Counted from the first letter of the stretch, positions 19,796-28,673 are shown. The stretch: 64,000 bases of DNA from Alphaproteobacteria bacterium (GCA_013911655.1 JACESU010000003.1:65996-129995); one strand, 5' to 3'. Notes: generated by a model from the letters alone, not told the origin. Made by a program: numbers and translations.

Positions 19796-20940
19796 ACATA
19801 TGCTCCAGACTTACTGACATGTTCGATCAAGGTTGTAATGGTCATAGACTGGTTATGGAGAACGGGTATTTTTGTGTGAGGGTGGGGGGCAATTTCGCCG
19901 TAAGAATAGAAGCCAATGGCTGAGTTTTTTTTGCCAAGAATATTTCTCACTGCCTCAACTTCTTCGATGGTTTTTTGCCCCATAATGATTTTTCTACCGA
20001 TGCAGCTTACCAAGAAAGAAAGGCTATTTTTATCATCGAAAGTGCTTTGCATAGCAGCAGCCCTTGCCCCCTCTATCAAGTCATCAAACTTGGCCCACAT
20101 AAGCTGCGCGTGCCAACCCTGTGGAACGCTCGCCGCAAACGTCATACTTTTTTCATTTTCACTCACACCAAGCACGGTACGAATAACTTTGCTAGATTCT
20201 CCATGCTCTTGAGACCAAATGGACAGTGGAAAGTGAAACGACGACATGGGAAGTTTTTTTGCTTCTTCCCCTAGATAGTTTTTGTAAAGGTCAAGGCACG
20301 CTGTTTGATCTAAAGTATACAGAACATTTTCTTGAGAGGACGTCACAAACCGGTGAGGTCCAAAACCACTCCAGCCTCCTCCTCTGCCCCATTTAAACTC
20401 TAAATCATCCCCATAAAATCCTATGCCGATGACGTTGTTTTCTTGGGGAGCAGCATTACATCCGACAAGCGTTTTTTGAAAGGCTTCACCGTCTGCGGCC
20501 CCTCCCCCCGTCAAAATTACTTTGTTGGTATTCAGAACATCACCTAGACCTCTCACAAGTTCACTTCCATTGGTGTGCATGCTGTCATAAAGCACAAAGA
20601 CACCTTTTAGGGATTTCTTTTGACTTAAATCTTCAGCTAGCGCGTACCCAACATCATACGAGTTGGCGGTATTTTTCATTTCCTTTGATACACCGTGCAC
20701 AAGGGAGGTTTTGAAGGTGACGGCGAGATAGACCCCCTGCCCTTCTTCAAGTACGTCGTCTAGTACGACGCCATAAGCGCTACAACCGGCAATAACAGCC
20801 TGTGGGTATTTCTTTTTGAGCGTTTCAAAGGGGGAGTTTCTTTCTATTTCATCTCTTGATGCAAAATATAGAACCACGTTTGCTTGAGAGGTTTTTTCAC
20901 TCTTGTCAATATTTTTCAAAAGTCCTTTTTCGACACGCAC
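19792..20940 (-). CDS. FIST N/C domain sensory protein
   Basis: VVLYFASRDE...AVIAGCSAYG (FIST_N-like) and GFYSYGEIAP (FIST_C hallmark). The stop overlaps the downstream start (ATGA). Confidence 0.75.
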   Translation of the reverse strand: MRVEKGLLKNIDKSEKTSQANVVLYFASRDEIERNSPFETLKKKYPQAVIAGCSAYGVVLDDVLEEGQGVYLAVTFKTSLVHGVSKEMKNTANSYDVGYALAEDLSQKKSLKGVFVLYDSMHTNGSELVRGLGDVLNTNKVILTGGGAADGEAFQKTLVGCNAAPQENNVIGIGFYGDDLEFKWGRGGGWSGFGPHRFVTSSQENVLYTLDQTACLDLYKNYLGEEAKKLPMSSFHFPLSIWSQEHGESSKVIRTVLGVSENEKSMTFAASVPQGWHAQLMWAKFDDLIEGARAAAMQSTFDDKNSLSFLVSCIGRKIIMGQKTIEEVEAVRNILGKKNSAIGFYSYGEIAPHPHTKIPVLHNQSMTITTLIEHVSKSGAYV

Positions 20941-21035
20941 GAGTGCTTCTCATAAGATGTAATGCTTGACTTAGTGTCTGATAAGAGAATTGCTAAAGAA
21001 TTAATAGAGTCCTTTTAACGGAAAAAGAAGGATAT

Positions 21036-21064
21036 AAAAAAGGCGCCATCTGGCGCCTTTTTTA
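21036..21064 (-). terminator. Rho-independent terminator after pal
   Basis: AAAAAAGGCGCC-AGAT-GGCGCCTTTTTT read on the minus strand. Confidence 0.75.
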
Positions 21065-21082
21065 TGAGTAACCGCTTTCGCC

Positions 21083-21571
21083 TTAGCGAGGAACAGTAAC
21101 CGCGCGACGGTTTTGAGCCCATGCAGCTGCATCGTGCCCAGGATTCTCTGGGTGCTCTTTACCATAGCTAACAGTCTCAACGCGCTTGGCGTCGATGCCT
21201 TCACGAACCAAAGCCTTCTTGGCATGGTGCGCACGCCTCTCACCAAGGGCCATGTTGTATTCGGTTGTCCCGCGCTCGTCAGCGTGGCCTTCTACAACAA
21301 CTTCAGCAGATGGCCACTTCTTGAGCCATTCAGCTTGACCCTTAAGAGTGGCTTCAGCTTCAGCGTTGATGTTGGACTTGTTTGTGTCAAAGAACACACG
21401 GTCCTTTGCAGAGTGACGGAAATCTTCAGCAGAACCAGGAACAGGACCGCCCTTGGCTGCATCAGACGCAGGCCACTCGTGGTAACCACTGTCTTTGCAT
21501 TCTGGTGTTGTTTCGCAACCAGCAAGGACGAACATGCATGCCGCCGCTGTCGCCATGAGATATTGACGCAT
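21083..21571 (-). CDS. pal: Peptidoglycan-associated lipoprotein Pal (OmpA family)
   Basis: Lipobox VLAGC and OmpA-like C-terminal domain (EGHADERGTTEYNMALGERRA). The ATG at 21571 has an AGAGGGAG Shine-Dalgarno. Confidence 0.9.
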   Translation of the reverse strand: MRQYLMATAAACMFVLAGCETTPECKDSGYHEWPASDAAKGGPVPGSAEDFRHSAKDRVFFDTNKSNINAEAEATLKGQAEWLKKWPSAEVVVEGHADERGTTEYNMALGERRAHHAKKALVREGIDAKRVETVSYGKEHPENPGHDAAAWAQNRRAVTVPR

Positions 21572-21671
21572 ATTAACTACTCCCTCTAACAAAAATAATC
21601 TAAAAGGGTTTTCCATAAGAACATACCCTAAACAGAAGCCGTAACTTCCCCACGATTGTATAGGGAAAAAT

Positions 21672-22982
21672 TTAGGGAATCAAGGGGGACCATGTACCAC
21701 CCGATGCATCTGTTGGTGTTTTTACTTCTCGCTCGTTGCGACCTGTCAAGTCAATAGAGTACAAACGAGATCTTCCTCTGGTTTCTTCCCTGGTAAAAAG
21801 AATTACACGGCCATTGGGTGCCCAGGATGGATCTTCAACAAGCCATCCTTTAGCGAGAAGGCGCTCACCCGAGCCGTCTGGCTTCATGACCCCGATATAA
21901 AAGTTTCCGTCTGTCCCCATCTTTGTAAAGGCAATGAGATCACCCCTGGGAGACCACACGGGTGTACGGTAGCTTCCCTCTCCAAAACTAATCCGTTCAG
22001 CCGCACCGCCATTTGCGTCCATGACGTAAATCTGTGTCTTACCCCCTCTATCAGAATTAAAGACAATCCGTGCACCGTCAGGAGAGTAGCAGGGTGATGT
22101 ATCAATCACAGGGCCAGAGGTCGAGGTGAGTCTTTGGACCGCCTTGCTGGTTAAATCCATGCAAAAGAGAGCTGTATTGCCTTCTTTAGAATAGCTCATG
22201 ACAATCTTTCGGCCATCGGGCGAAAACCTTGGTGCCAAGGTCATATTCTTAAAGTCACCCAAAATGTACTTTTGCCCTGTGGAAAGACGCATCAGATACA
22301 CTTGAGCCTTACGCCTCTCGAAATCGAGATAGGTAATATCGTGAAGGGTTGGGGAAAAGCGCGGGGTCAACACCAAGCGCTTGCCATCGGTGAGGTAGCG
22401 GTGGTTTTCACCGTCCTGATCCATAATTGCGAGTCTTTTGATACGCTTGGTCGAGGGACCTGTTTGGGCGACATAAACGATTCTTGTATCAAAATACCCC
22501 TCTTCACCCGTCACACGCTTGTAAATGCTATCCGCAATCTTGTGGGCAATGCGGCGCCAGTTTTTTTCGGTCGTAAAAAAGGAAAGTCCTTCCATTTGGG
22601 TTTCGGTCACAACGTCATACAGGCGAAAGTTAAGGCGCATGCGCCCGTCACTCATTCTGGTAATCTCACCCTTCACCAAAAGCTGAGCGTTAATCACGCG
22701 CCACTCGCCAAACCTGGGCCCTTGCTTGAGAGACTCTCGGTCTTGGATAAACCCGGCGCTATCAAGGGCATCAAAAAGGCCCGAGCGCTCAAGATCCGCC
22801 GCCACCACCTGGGATATGTCACGTCCTTGGGTTGCAAGCTCAGGGGAGTCGCCGTAAAAATCTGTGACGGCAATAGGGGTAGGTGCCACCTGCCCCTGGG
22901 TCACATCAATGCGCATCTCCGCACGAAGAGGGACTAGCTGTGTTAGAAAAAGCACACTTAGTAAAAAAAGAAATCTAGACAT
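21672..22982 (-). CDS. tolB: Tol-Pal system beta-propeller protein TolB
   Basis: Signal peptide and repeated P.(W/F)SPDG propeller motifs. It sits between tolA and pal. Confidence 0.9.
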   Translation of the reverse strand: MSRFLFLLSVLFLTQLVPLRAEMRIDVTQGQVAPTPIAVTDFYGDSPELATQGRDISQVVAADLERSGLFDALDSAGFIQDRESLKQGPRFGEWRVINAQLLVKGEITRMSDGRMRLNFRLYDVVTETQMEGLSFFTTEKNWRRIAHKIADSIYKRVTGEEGYFDTRIVYVAQTGPSTKRIKRLAIMDQDGENHRYLTDGKRLVLTPRFSPTLHDITYLDFERRKAQVYLMRLSTGQKYILGDFKNMTLAPRFSPDGRKIVMSYSKEGNTALFCMDLTSKAVQRLTSTSGPVIDTSPCYSPDGARIVFNSDRGGKTQIYVMDANGGAAERISFGEGSYRTPVWSPRGDLIAFTKMGTDGNFYIGVMKPDGSGERLLAKGWLVEDPSWAPNGRVILFTREETRGRSRLYSIDLTGRNEREVKTPTDASGGTWSPLIP

Positions 22983-23001
22983 TTACCCATCCAATCATGG
23001 T

Positions 23002-23907
23002 CTACAAAAGGTCCTTGGGGTTAAAGGCTACCACAAAGACTTTCCACTCGTTATATTTTTGTTTCGGAAGCGGAAGCGGCTGACACTTAGGGTCCTTGAC
23101 CGCCCGCATAGCGGCCTCTGCCGCCGTACGATAAAACGGATTACGCGACGGCGAAGAAGGATCTAAGATTTTTGCTTGCTGCACAGTTCCGTCAGGATTC
23201 ATCCAAAGACGAATCTCAACCACAAGCTCGTGCCCTTCCTTTGCACCCGCCGGAATATTCCAACACTGGGTGATTTTTTGGCGCACGGCGTCCATTTCGC
23301 TGATGGTAACCGTGTCAGACAAAGCTCCGACTTGATCAGAAACCGCCTCGCTTTTATCCTTATCATCTTTGTCCTCAGCCTCGTCCTGGTTTTTGGGTTC
23401 GGACAAGTCCTTTAAAACACTCTCGAAAAGATCATCCATGGTTTTCTTAGGCTTCTTTTTCTCAGGTTTTTTGTCAACCTTGGGTTTTTCCTTTTTAGGC
23501 TTGTCCTTCTTAGGCTCCGGTTTCTTTTCAGGCTTTTTCTCGGGCAGTGGCTCGGGTTTAGGCTCTGGCTTTTTGGGCTCGGGGACTGGTGTTGGCTCTG
23601 GCTTTGGTTCAGGAACCGGTTCCGGTTTAGGTTCCGGCACGGGCTCTGGCTCTGGTATTGGTTCGGGTTTAGGTTCCGGTTTGGGTTCGGGCTTTGGATC
23701 TGGTTTTTTTGGCGCAGGTTTAGGGTCTTTTTTTGGCGCAGGAACCGGCTTAGGAGCTTGTGTGATATCCGCAACAGGGGCAATTTGAACAGGAATGGGC
23801 TGACTTAGATCAAGGGGGGGCTTTCGAAGGGACGGTACGCCGAAATAGATCAAAAGTGCGACCAACAGGTGCAATATAAATGATAAAAGTGCCCCGCGCC
23901 CCATCAT
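23002..23907 (-). CDS. tolA: Cell envelope integrity protein TolA
   Basis: N-terminal membrane anchor, long Pro/Glu/Lys linker, TonB/TolA-like C-terminal domain. It sits between tolR and tolB. Confidence 0.75.
   Translation of the reverse strand: MMGRGALLSFILHLLVALLIYFGVPSLRKPPLDLSQPIPVQIAPVADITQAPKPVPAPKKDPKPAPKKPDPKPEPKPEPKPEPIPEPEPVPEPKPEPVPEPKPEPTPVPEPKKPEPKPEPLPEKKPEKKPEPKKDKPKKEKPKVDKKPEKKKPKKTMDDLFESVLKDLSEPKNQDEAEDKDDKDKSEAVSDQVGALSDTVTISEMDAVRQKITQCWNIPAGAKEGHELVVEIRLWMNPDGTVQQAKILDPSSPSRNPFYRTAAEAAMRAVKDPKCQPLPLPKQKYNEWKVFVVAFNPKDLL
23443..23757 (-). repeat. Low-complexity PEPK/PKKE coding repeat (TolA domain II linker)
   Basis: About 105 codons are almost only P, E, K and V (PKPEPKPEPKPEP...). 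It creates spurious long ORFs in other frames. Confidence 0.8.
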
Positions 23908-23910
23908 GAT

Positions 23911-24372
23911 CTACTTCTTCTCCTGAAGGGGGTCAGCGCTCACAGCCTTTGGTAGCTCTGCCATCAAAGAGACCTTCGTGATACCGGCCGCATTCAAGGT
24001 CCCCATGACCTCAAGGACACGCCCATAAGGAACACTTTGATCTGCCCTGATATAAACTTGCGTTTCAGGCTTTCCCACCAAAATCGCTTGGAGCTTTGGT
24101 ACAAGCCCCTCCAGCGGCATTTCGGTGTCCTGAATAAAGACGTGGCCTTCGTTTGTGACGGAGACCACCAAGGGCTCAATCTTTTCATTCAGGGCGCTGG
24201 CGTTGGTTTTGGGTAAATCTACTGGCACTCCCACAGTCATGAGGGGAGCCGTCACCATAAAAATCACAAGAAGAACAAGCATCACGTCCACAAAAGGGGT
24301 TACATTGATTTCACTCATAGGGGCGCCAAAACGGCGCTTCTTTTTTGATCCTGATGAAACGGCCATGCCCAT
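23911..24372 (-). CDS. tolR: Biopolymer transport protein TolR (ExbD family)
   Basis: INVTPFVDVMLVLLVIFMV motif, 153 aa, synteny. Confidence 0.85.
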   Translation of the reverse strand: MGMAVSSGSKKKRRFGAPMSEINVTPFVDVMLVLLVIFMVTAPLMTVGVPVDLPKTNASALNEKIEPLVVSVTNEGHVFIQDTEMPLEGLVPKLQAILVGKPETQVYIRADQSVPYGRVLEVMGTLNAAGITKVSLMAELPKAVSADPLQEKK

Positions 24373-24374
24373 GG

Positions 24375-25106
24375 TTATACACTCCCCTCAAGATGTCTTG
24401 AGATAATGGCAGAAAACTCCTGTGAAAAAGCCTCTAGCCTGTTGGCATAGCGATTAATTTCGCCCGAAAGTTTGTTATAGGCAAGAACAGCTGGAATTGC
24501 GGCGATCAGCCCAAGCGCCGTCGCAAGAAGCGCCTCAGCAATACCGGGGGCAACGACCGCAAGGTTCGTGCTTTGAGAGGCGGCAATGTTTTGAAAGCTG
24601 TTCATAATACCCCAAACGGTCCCAAAAAGCCCCACAAAGGGCGCCGTTGAGCCGACAGACGCGAGGAAGCCCATGTTTTTTTCAAGAAACTCGACTTCTC
24701 GGCTTGTCGTTGCTTGCATCACGCGCTCAATACGCTGCTGCAGTGAGATCTTTTTTTCCTGGGTTGGTGCTGTGGCAAGAGAGGCTGCACGCCTCCACTC
24801 TCTCATGGCAGAGGCAAAAACACTGGCAAGGGGCTCGTCCGGCTTGGAGCCCACTCGGTCATACAGCGCGTCCAGGGTGCCCCCGGACCAGAAAAGATCC
24901 TCAAAGGTGTCTGCTTGTTTACGAAGCCTCGTCAGCTTCATGGTTTTGGCAAAAATCAGGGTCCAACACCAAAAAGAGGCCGCCACCAAAAGAATCATCA
25001 CAAGCTGAACGATCCAGTCTGCATGCCAAAACATTTCCCACATGGATAAAGTTGCGGCGGTTGTGGATTCTCCCACGGGCGCCGTTGCAATGTGTTCTGC
25101 TGTCAT
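24375..25106 (-). CDS. tolQ: Tol-Pal proton channel protein TolQ (MotA/ExbB family)
   Basis: Three membrane segments and the conserved GLFGTVWGIMNSF and VAPGIAEALLATALGL segments. Confidence 0.9.
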   Translation of the reverse strand: MTAEHIATAPVGESTTAATLSMWEMFWHADWIVQLVMILLVAASFWCWTLIFAKTMKLTRLRKQADTFEDLFWSGGTLDALYDRVGSKPDEPLASVFASAMREWRRAASLATAPTQEKKISLQQRIERVMQATTSREVEFLEKNMGFLASVGSTAPFVGLFGTVWGIMNSFQNIAASQSTNLAVVAPGIAEALLATALGLIAAIPAVLAYNKLSGEINRYANRLEAFSQEFSAIISRHLEGSV

Positions 25107-25263
25107 TTTTATATCCCTTTGCCTGCCACGCGCGTGGCCTGTTTACTGGTACACCTAGTAGCTTGTGACACAAATATTCATCGGTTGCAATTCTACAAAA
25201 AACCTAGAAGCTTTCTCAAGTCCCGGGGTCGTGAACTGGTTGTTTTTTTATCACCCCAGCTGA

Positions 25264-26181
25264 TTATTTGGCACCACGTATAAGGTCTTGAAAGCGAGGA
25301 AGTTTGGCCCCTTTTTCGCGTCGCACCTCTTCATAAAGTTTTTCAATTTCTTTGATGTCTGGATTCAGCACTTTCACTCCCATACCTTTGTCAAAGCGTG
25401 CCACAAGCCGGGCCCCCTTAGCAAAATCATCACTCCAGTACATCAAAACATGATCTGCTTTGGCTAAATATACGGGCAAACGCTCAAAAAGGGCCTTGCC
25501 TTTTGTCGCCACATCCTCTGGGTCTGATTGAACAAATCCCTGATCTTTGGCGCGCCACTCAAGTGCCTTTTGACGATTTTCAAGGCTTGACGCGCAAACA
25601 AGGATGGTAATTTCATAACCGCGCCCCTTAAGCTTATCGTAAAGCTGGTCCACAGATCCACCCGTCGAGGTCGTTCCGTGCATAACAGAGTAGCCACCCA
25701 AGATCGCCTCATTCAAAAGAGTATTGGCGATATAGTTAGACCCCCCTCTCCATTTATCATATCCTTTGGCAAGCAAGTCTTGATACGATTTAGCCTTTGC
25801 TGCGGCATAGAGGGTTAAATCCAAATAGTAGGTATTGATCATAAAGCGCAGAGCCCGCTGATCAGGATCTACGTACGCGATATTCTCAATCTTATTGTCT
25901 TGAATGTAAGTCTCAAGAATCGTGGACTTTCCAGCCCCTGGCCCTCCGGCTGTTGCAATATACTGAGAGGGTCGCGGCTTTGTCAGGCCTCTAAAGGTCA
26001 AGGCTCTGATACCCTTTAAGTCTTCATCAATAAGCGCTCGCTCGTCTGGGGTGTAGTCTTTTAAAAAGCCTGTGACAATTTCCTGGGGAACAATGGACGT
26101 GGCCTTAATTTTTTCACAGCTTACCATGGTTAAAAGAACACAGGCCGCGACACAAACCCTTATATTATTTATTACTTTCAA
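25264..26181 (-). CDS. Zeta-toxin-like P-loop kinase with N-terminal signal peptide (possible lipoprotein)
   Basis: Walker A GGPGAGKST, followed by a VDPDQR segment and HGTTSTGG as in zeta/PezT-type kinases. The N-terminus MKVINNIRVCVAACVLLTMVSC looks like a Sec or lipoprotein signal. Confidence 0.6.
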   Translation of the reverse strand: MKVINNIRVCVAACVLLTMVSCEKIKATSIVPQEIVTGFLKDYTPDERALIDEDLKGIRALTFRGLTKPRPSQYIATAGGPGAGKSTILETYIQDNKIENIAYVDPDQRALRFMINTYYLDLTLYAAAKAKSYQDLLAKGYDKWRGGSNYIANTLLNEAILGGYSVMHGTTSTGGSVDQLYDKLKGRGYEITILVCASSLENRQKALEWRAKDQGFVQSDPEDVATKGKALFERLPVYLAKADHVLMYWSDDFAKGARLVARFDKGMGVKVLNPDIKEIEKLYEEVRREKGAKLPRFQDLIRGAK

Positions 26182-26196
26182 TTATTTACCACCTCT

Positions 26197-27366
26197 CTAC
26201 TTAAAAACCTTCGTCCATAAACTTAAGCCCGCTCGGGTTGCCACCCCACCATCCTGATTACTTAGAAAAATAAGTGTCAGGTCGTTGCTTGGAATGTGGC
26301 CAATGAAGGTATTAACCCCCGCCACATATCCCGAATGAAATATAAGGACCGTTTCAGGCTTATCCTTCACCATGAACTTTCGCCACCCAAGACAGTACCA
26401 TGATTTTACCTGCCCGAGAGGGGCAGGTAAGTCAATCCTTCCCCAACGCTCCAAGTCTCTATTTTCCAGAACAGGCGTGAAAAGCGCCTCTCTGTTCTTG
26501 GATGACAAAGTGTGCACTTCCCGTCCAAAGGTAAGTCGTGCAAAGGCTTTCATGTCATTAAGTGATGCAAAAAGACCTGCCGCTGCCGCAGCCGTCCTAA
26601 AGTAGGGTGAACTAAGGCTCAACCTTGTCAGCTTGTGTTTATCTTTTTTGTCCGTCTTGTGAGGAATCGCAACATTCTTAAGGCCTGTGACCTCCCCTAC
26701 AAAGTATGGCCCCTTCGTTTTAAGAGCTTTCTTTAGATGTCCTATAACCCCCTCAAGGGTCAGCCCCTCCTTCAAGAAATAGTCTCCAGCGTACCCATAA
26801 AGGTAATTACTATAAAGGTAGCACCCACCAGGATGGCAGGCCGGTTTTTGCCTTGAGATGCTCTCATCTAAACGCGCACGTGTCCAGTTCGCCTCAATTT
26901 CTATGTCACCTCGAAATGTATACCCGGTTGTGTGACTTAGAATGTCACACAGACTCACTGGATATTTTAGGGAGGGTATTTTTTCCTTTCGTTCAAAGGA
27001 AAGCATTCCCTCACTAACCATCAACATCGTCCCAACAGAGACAAGCGGCTTGGATACCGAGGCAAGTGAAAAGATGGTGTCTGGTGTGATAGGGGCACCT
27101 CCCTCTTCTTGATATCCAAAACATGCTTCATAGACTGGCTCTCCCTTATAGAGCAAGCAAATGGCTGCCCCTTGGCACCTTTCTCCCGCCTCTTTAAGCT
27201 CTCTTGTGATGACACTCAACCTATTAATTTCGTTGGATTTTTGAGTGTGTGAATAGGAACTTTGAGAGCCCACAACAGAAATGAGCACAAGCGCCATACA
27301 AAGCATCGATCGACACTTTCGAGCGTTTTGTCTCCTGTGGATAACTTCTGAACAACCCCCGAACAT
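26197..27366 (-). CDS. Beta-lactamase-family (class C / PBP-like) serine hydrolase, exported
   Basis: SVSK (S-x-x-K) nucleophile motif in FSLASVSKPL. Hydrophobic signal-like N-terminus (MLCMALVLISVVG). The start codon is uncertain. Confidence 0.7.
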   Translation of the reverse strand: MFGGCSEVIHRRQNARKCRSMLCMALVLISVVGSQSSYSHTQKSNEINRLSVITRELKEAGERCQGAAICLLYKGEPVYEACFGYQEEGGAPITPDTIFSLASVSKPLVSVGTMLMVSEGMLSFERKEKIPSLKYPVSLCDILSHTTGYTFRGDIEIEANWTRARLDESISRQKPACHPGGCYLYSNYLYGYAGDYFLKEGLTLEGVIGHLKKALKTKGPYFVGEVTGLKNVAIPHKTDKKDKHKLTRLSLSSPYFRTAAAAAGLFASLNDMKAFARLTFGREVHTLSSKNREALFTPVLENRDLERWGRIDLPAPLGQVKSWYCLGWRKFMVKDKPETVLIFHSGYVAGVNTFIGHIPSNDLTLIFLSNQDGGVATRAGLSLWTKVFK

Positions 27367-27640
27367 TCTGTGTGCCTTTACCGACTTTCTCTGGCAATCT
27401 ATGCGATTCTCATTTCTTTTACAAAATTACTCACAGCTTGTACCACGTGTCTAGGTTTTGTACAAATTGTGCATAAGATGTGAGCTTTTTTTCTGAGACC
27501 TCATTTTTCATTAACTTCGCTCTTTTTTTTATCAACAAGTCCCTTCATTTTTTCTCTTCGTAAAAGTGTTAAAAATTCCTTTCCACAGGTCCAAAAACAT
27601 CATATAAATTTTATATCTTTTTTAATGAGTGATTAACTTT
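27367..27640. other. Candidate chromosomal origin of replication (oriC) upstream of hemE
   Basis: AT-rich spacer with four DnaA-box-like 9-mers (27427, 27468, 27529, 27579) and a TTAA-N7-TTAA box at 27622-27636. Gene orientation diverges from it. See findings. Confidence 0.45.
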
Positions 27641-28669
27641 ATGAAACTCATCGAGACAATTCAGGGAAACGCACAAAAAGTCCCTCCCCTTTGGATTATG
27701 CGTCAAGCCGGGCGATATCTTCCAGAATTCAGGGAGTTGCGCAAGAGAAGACCCGCCTTTATGGACTTTTGTGCCTCGCCAGAGCTTGCGGCAGAAGTTA
27801 CCCTCCAACCCCTAAAACGTTTTAATTTAGACGCGGCTATTATTTTTTCAGACATTTTAATGGTCCCCCACGGTCTTGGTCAGCATGTTACTTTTCTTGC
27901 GGGTGAAGGTCCCGCCCTTGATAAAGTTGATTCTGTTAGTGAGCTCGAACGTCTCTCACCTGTGTTAATCAAAGAGAAAGTACTTCCAACGCTCCAAGCT
28001 ATTAAAATGGTTAGGGAAAGCCTTGACCCTACTCTGCCGCTTATTGGATTTGCAGGGGCGCCGTGGACTGTTTTAACATATATGATCGAGGGGGGGGGGT
28101 CACGCGGCAAGGGACATTACACAACGCTTTCAAGACTTTTAGCGAACCCCTTGTTTCTAGAGCGTATTTTGAGACTTGTAATTGATGCGACGACTCAATA
28201 CCTCCTGTGGCAGATTGAGGCTGGAGTTAACGTTATAAAGATTTTTGACAGCTGGGCATCGAGTTTGCCCGCGCATTTGCAAAAGCGTTTTACATGGGAT
28301 CCTCTTTTGGAAATTGTAAAAAGGGTCAGGGAAAGTCATTTAGACTTTCCTGTAATACTTTTTCCAAAGGGGGTTAATCTTGCTTTGGGGCTCGCGTCTC
28401 ACACGCTTCCTAAGGGAGTGGCTCTTGCCTGCGATGATTCTCATACACCGGAACAGTTAAAGACCCTCTTGGGCGAGAAGCACATAACGCTTCAATCTGG
28501 CATTAGTCCGGCCCTCTTAAGGGCAGGAAGGAGTTACTTCGACGATCAGGTTGATCAATATAAACAAGTATTTAACGGTAAGCCCTTTATTTTTAACTTG
28601 TCCCACGGCATCTTGCCAGACACACCGATTGATCATGTAAAAGCGTTTATTGACGCTGTGAAAGGCTAG
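27641..28669 (+). CDS. hemE: Uroporphyrinogen decarboxylase
   Basis: PPLWIMRQAGRYLPEFRE signature, 343 aa. The ATG at 27641 is preferred over the GTG at 27629 without strong support. Confidence 0.95.
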   Translation: MKLIETIQGNAQKVPPLWIMRQAGRYLPEFRELRKRRPAFMDFCASPELAAEVTLQPLKRFNLDAAIIFSDILMVPHGLGQHVTFLAGEGPALDKVDSVSELERLSPVLIKEKVLPTLQAIKMVRESLDPTLPLIGFAGAPWTVLTYMIEGGGSRGKGHYTTLSRLLANPLFLERILRLVIDATTQYLLWQIEAGVNVIKIFDSWASSLPAHLQKRFTWDPLLEIVKRVRESHLDFPVILFPKGVNLALGLASHTLPKGVALACDDSHTPEQLKTLLGEKHITLQSGISPALLRAGRSYFDDQVDQYKQVFNGKPFIFNLSHGILPDTPIDHVKAFIDAVKG

Positions 28670-28673
28670 CAGA

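Noticed and set aside
22272-22937. 221-aa plus-strand ORF antisense to tolB. The same applies to 24647-25168 antisense to tolQ, 7927-8496 antisense to petC and 21113-21589 antisense to pal.
   Set aside because: All are shadow ORFs opposite well-supported conserved genes, with no independent signals.
23369-23788. Long ORFs on both strands (139 aa plus-strand, 123 aa minus-strand in another frame) inside tolA
   Set aside because: They are artefacts of the PEPK low-complexity repeat, giving Gly/Ser-rich or Asn/Gln/Arg-rich nonsense translations. The TolA frame has the membrane anchor, the C-terminal domain and the tolR-tolB synteny.
27438-27455. CACGTG-centred sequence (CTTGTACCACGTGTCTAG) in the putative origin as a third parS
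   Set aside because: Only the core and 3 of 5 left-arm bases match TGTTTCACGTGAAACA, and the right arm does not match.
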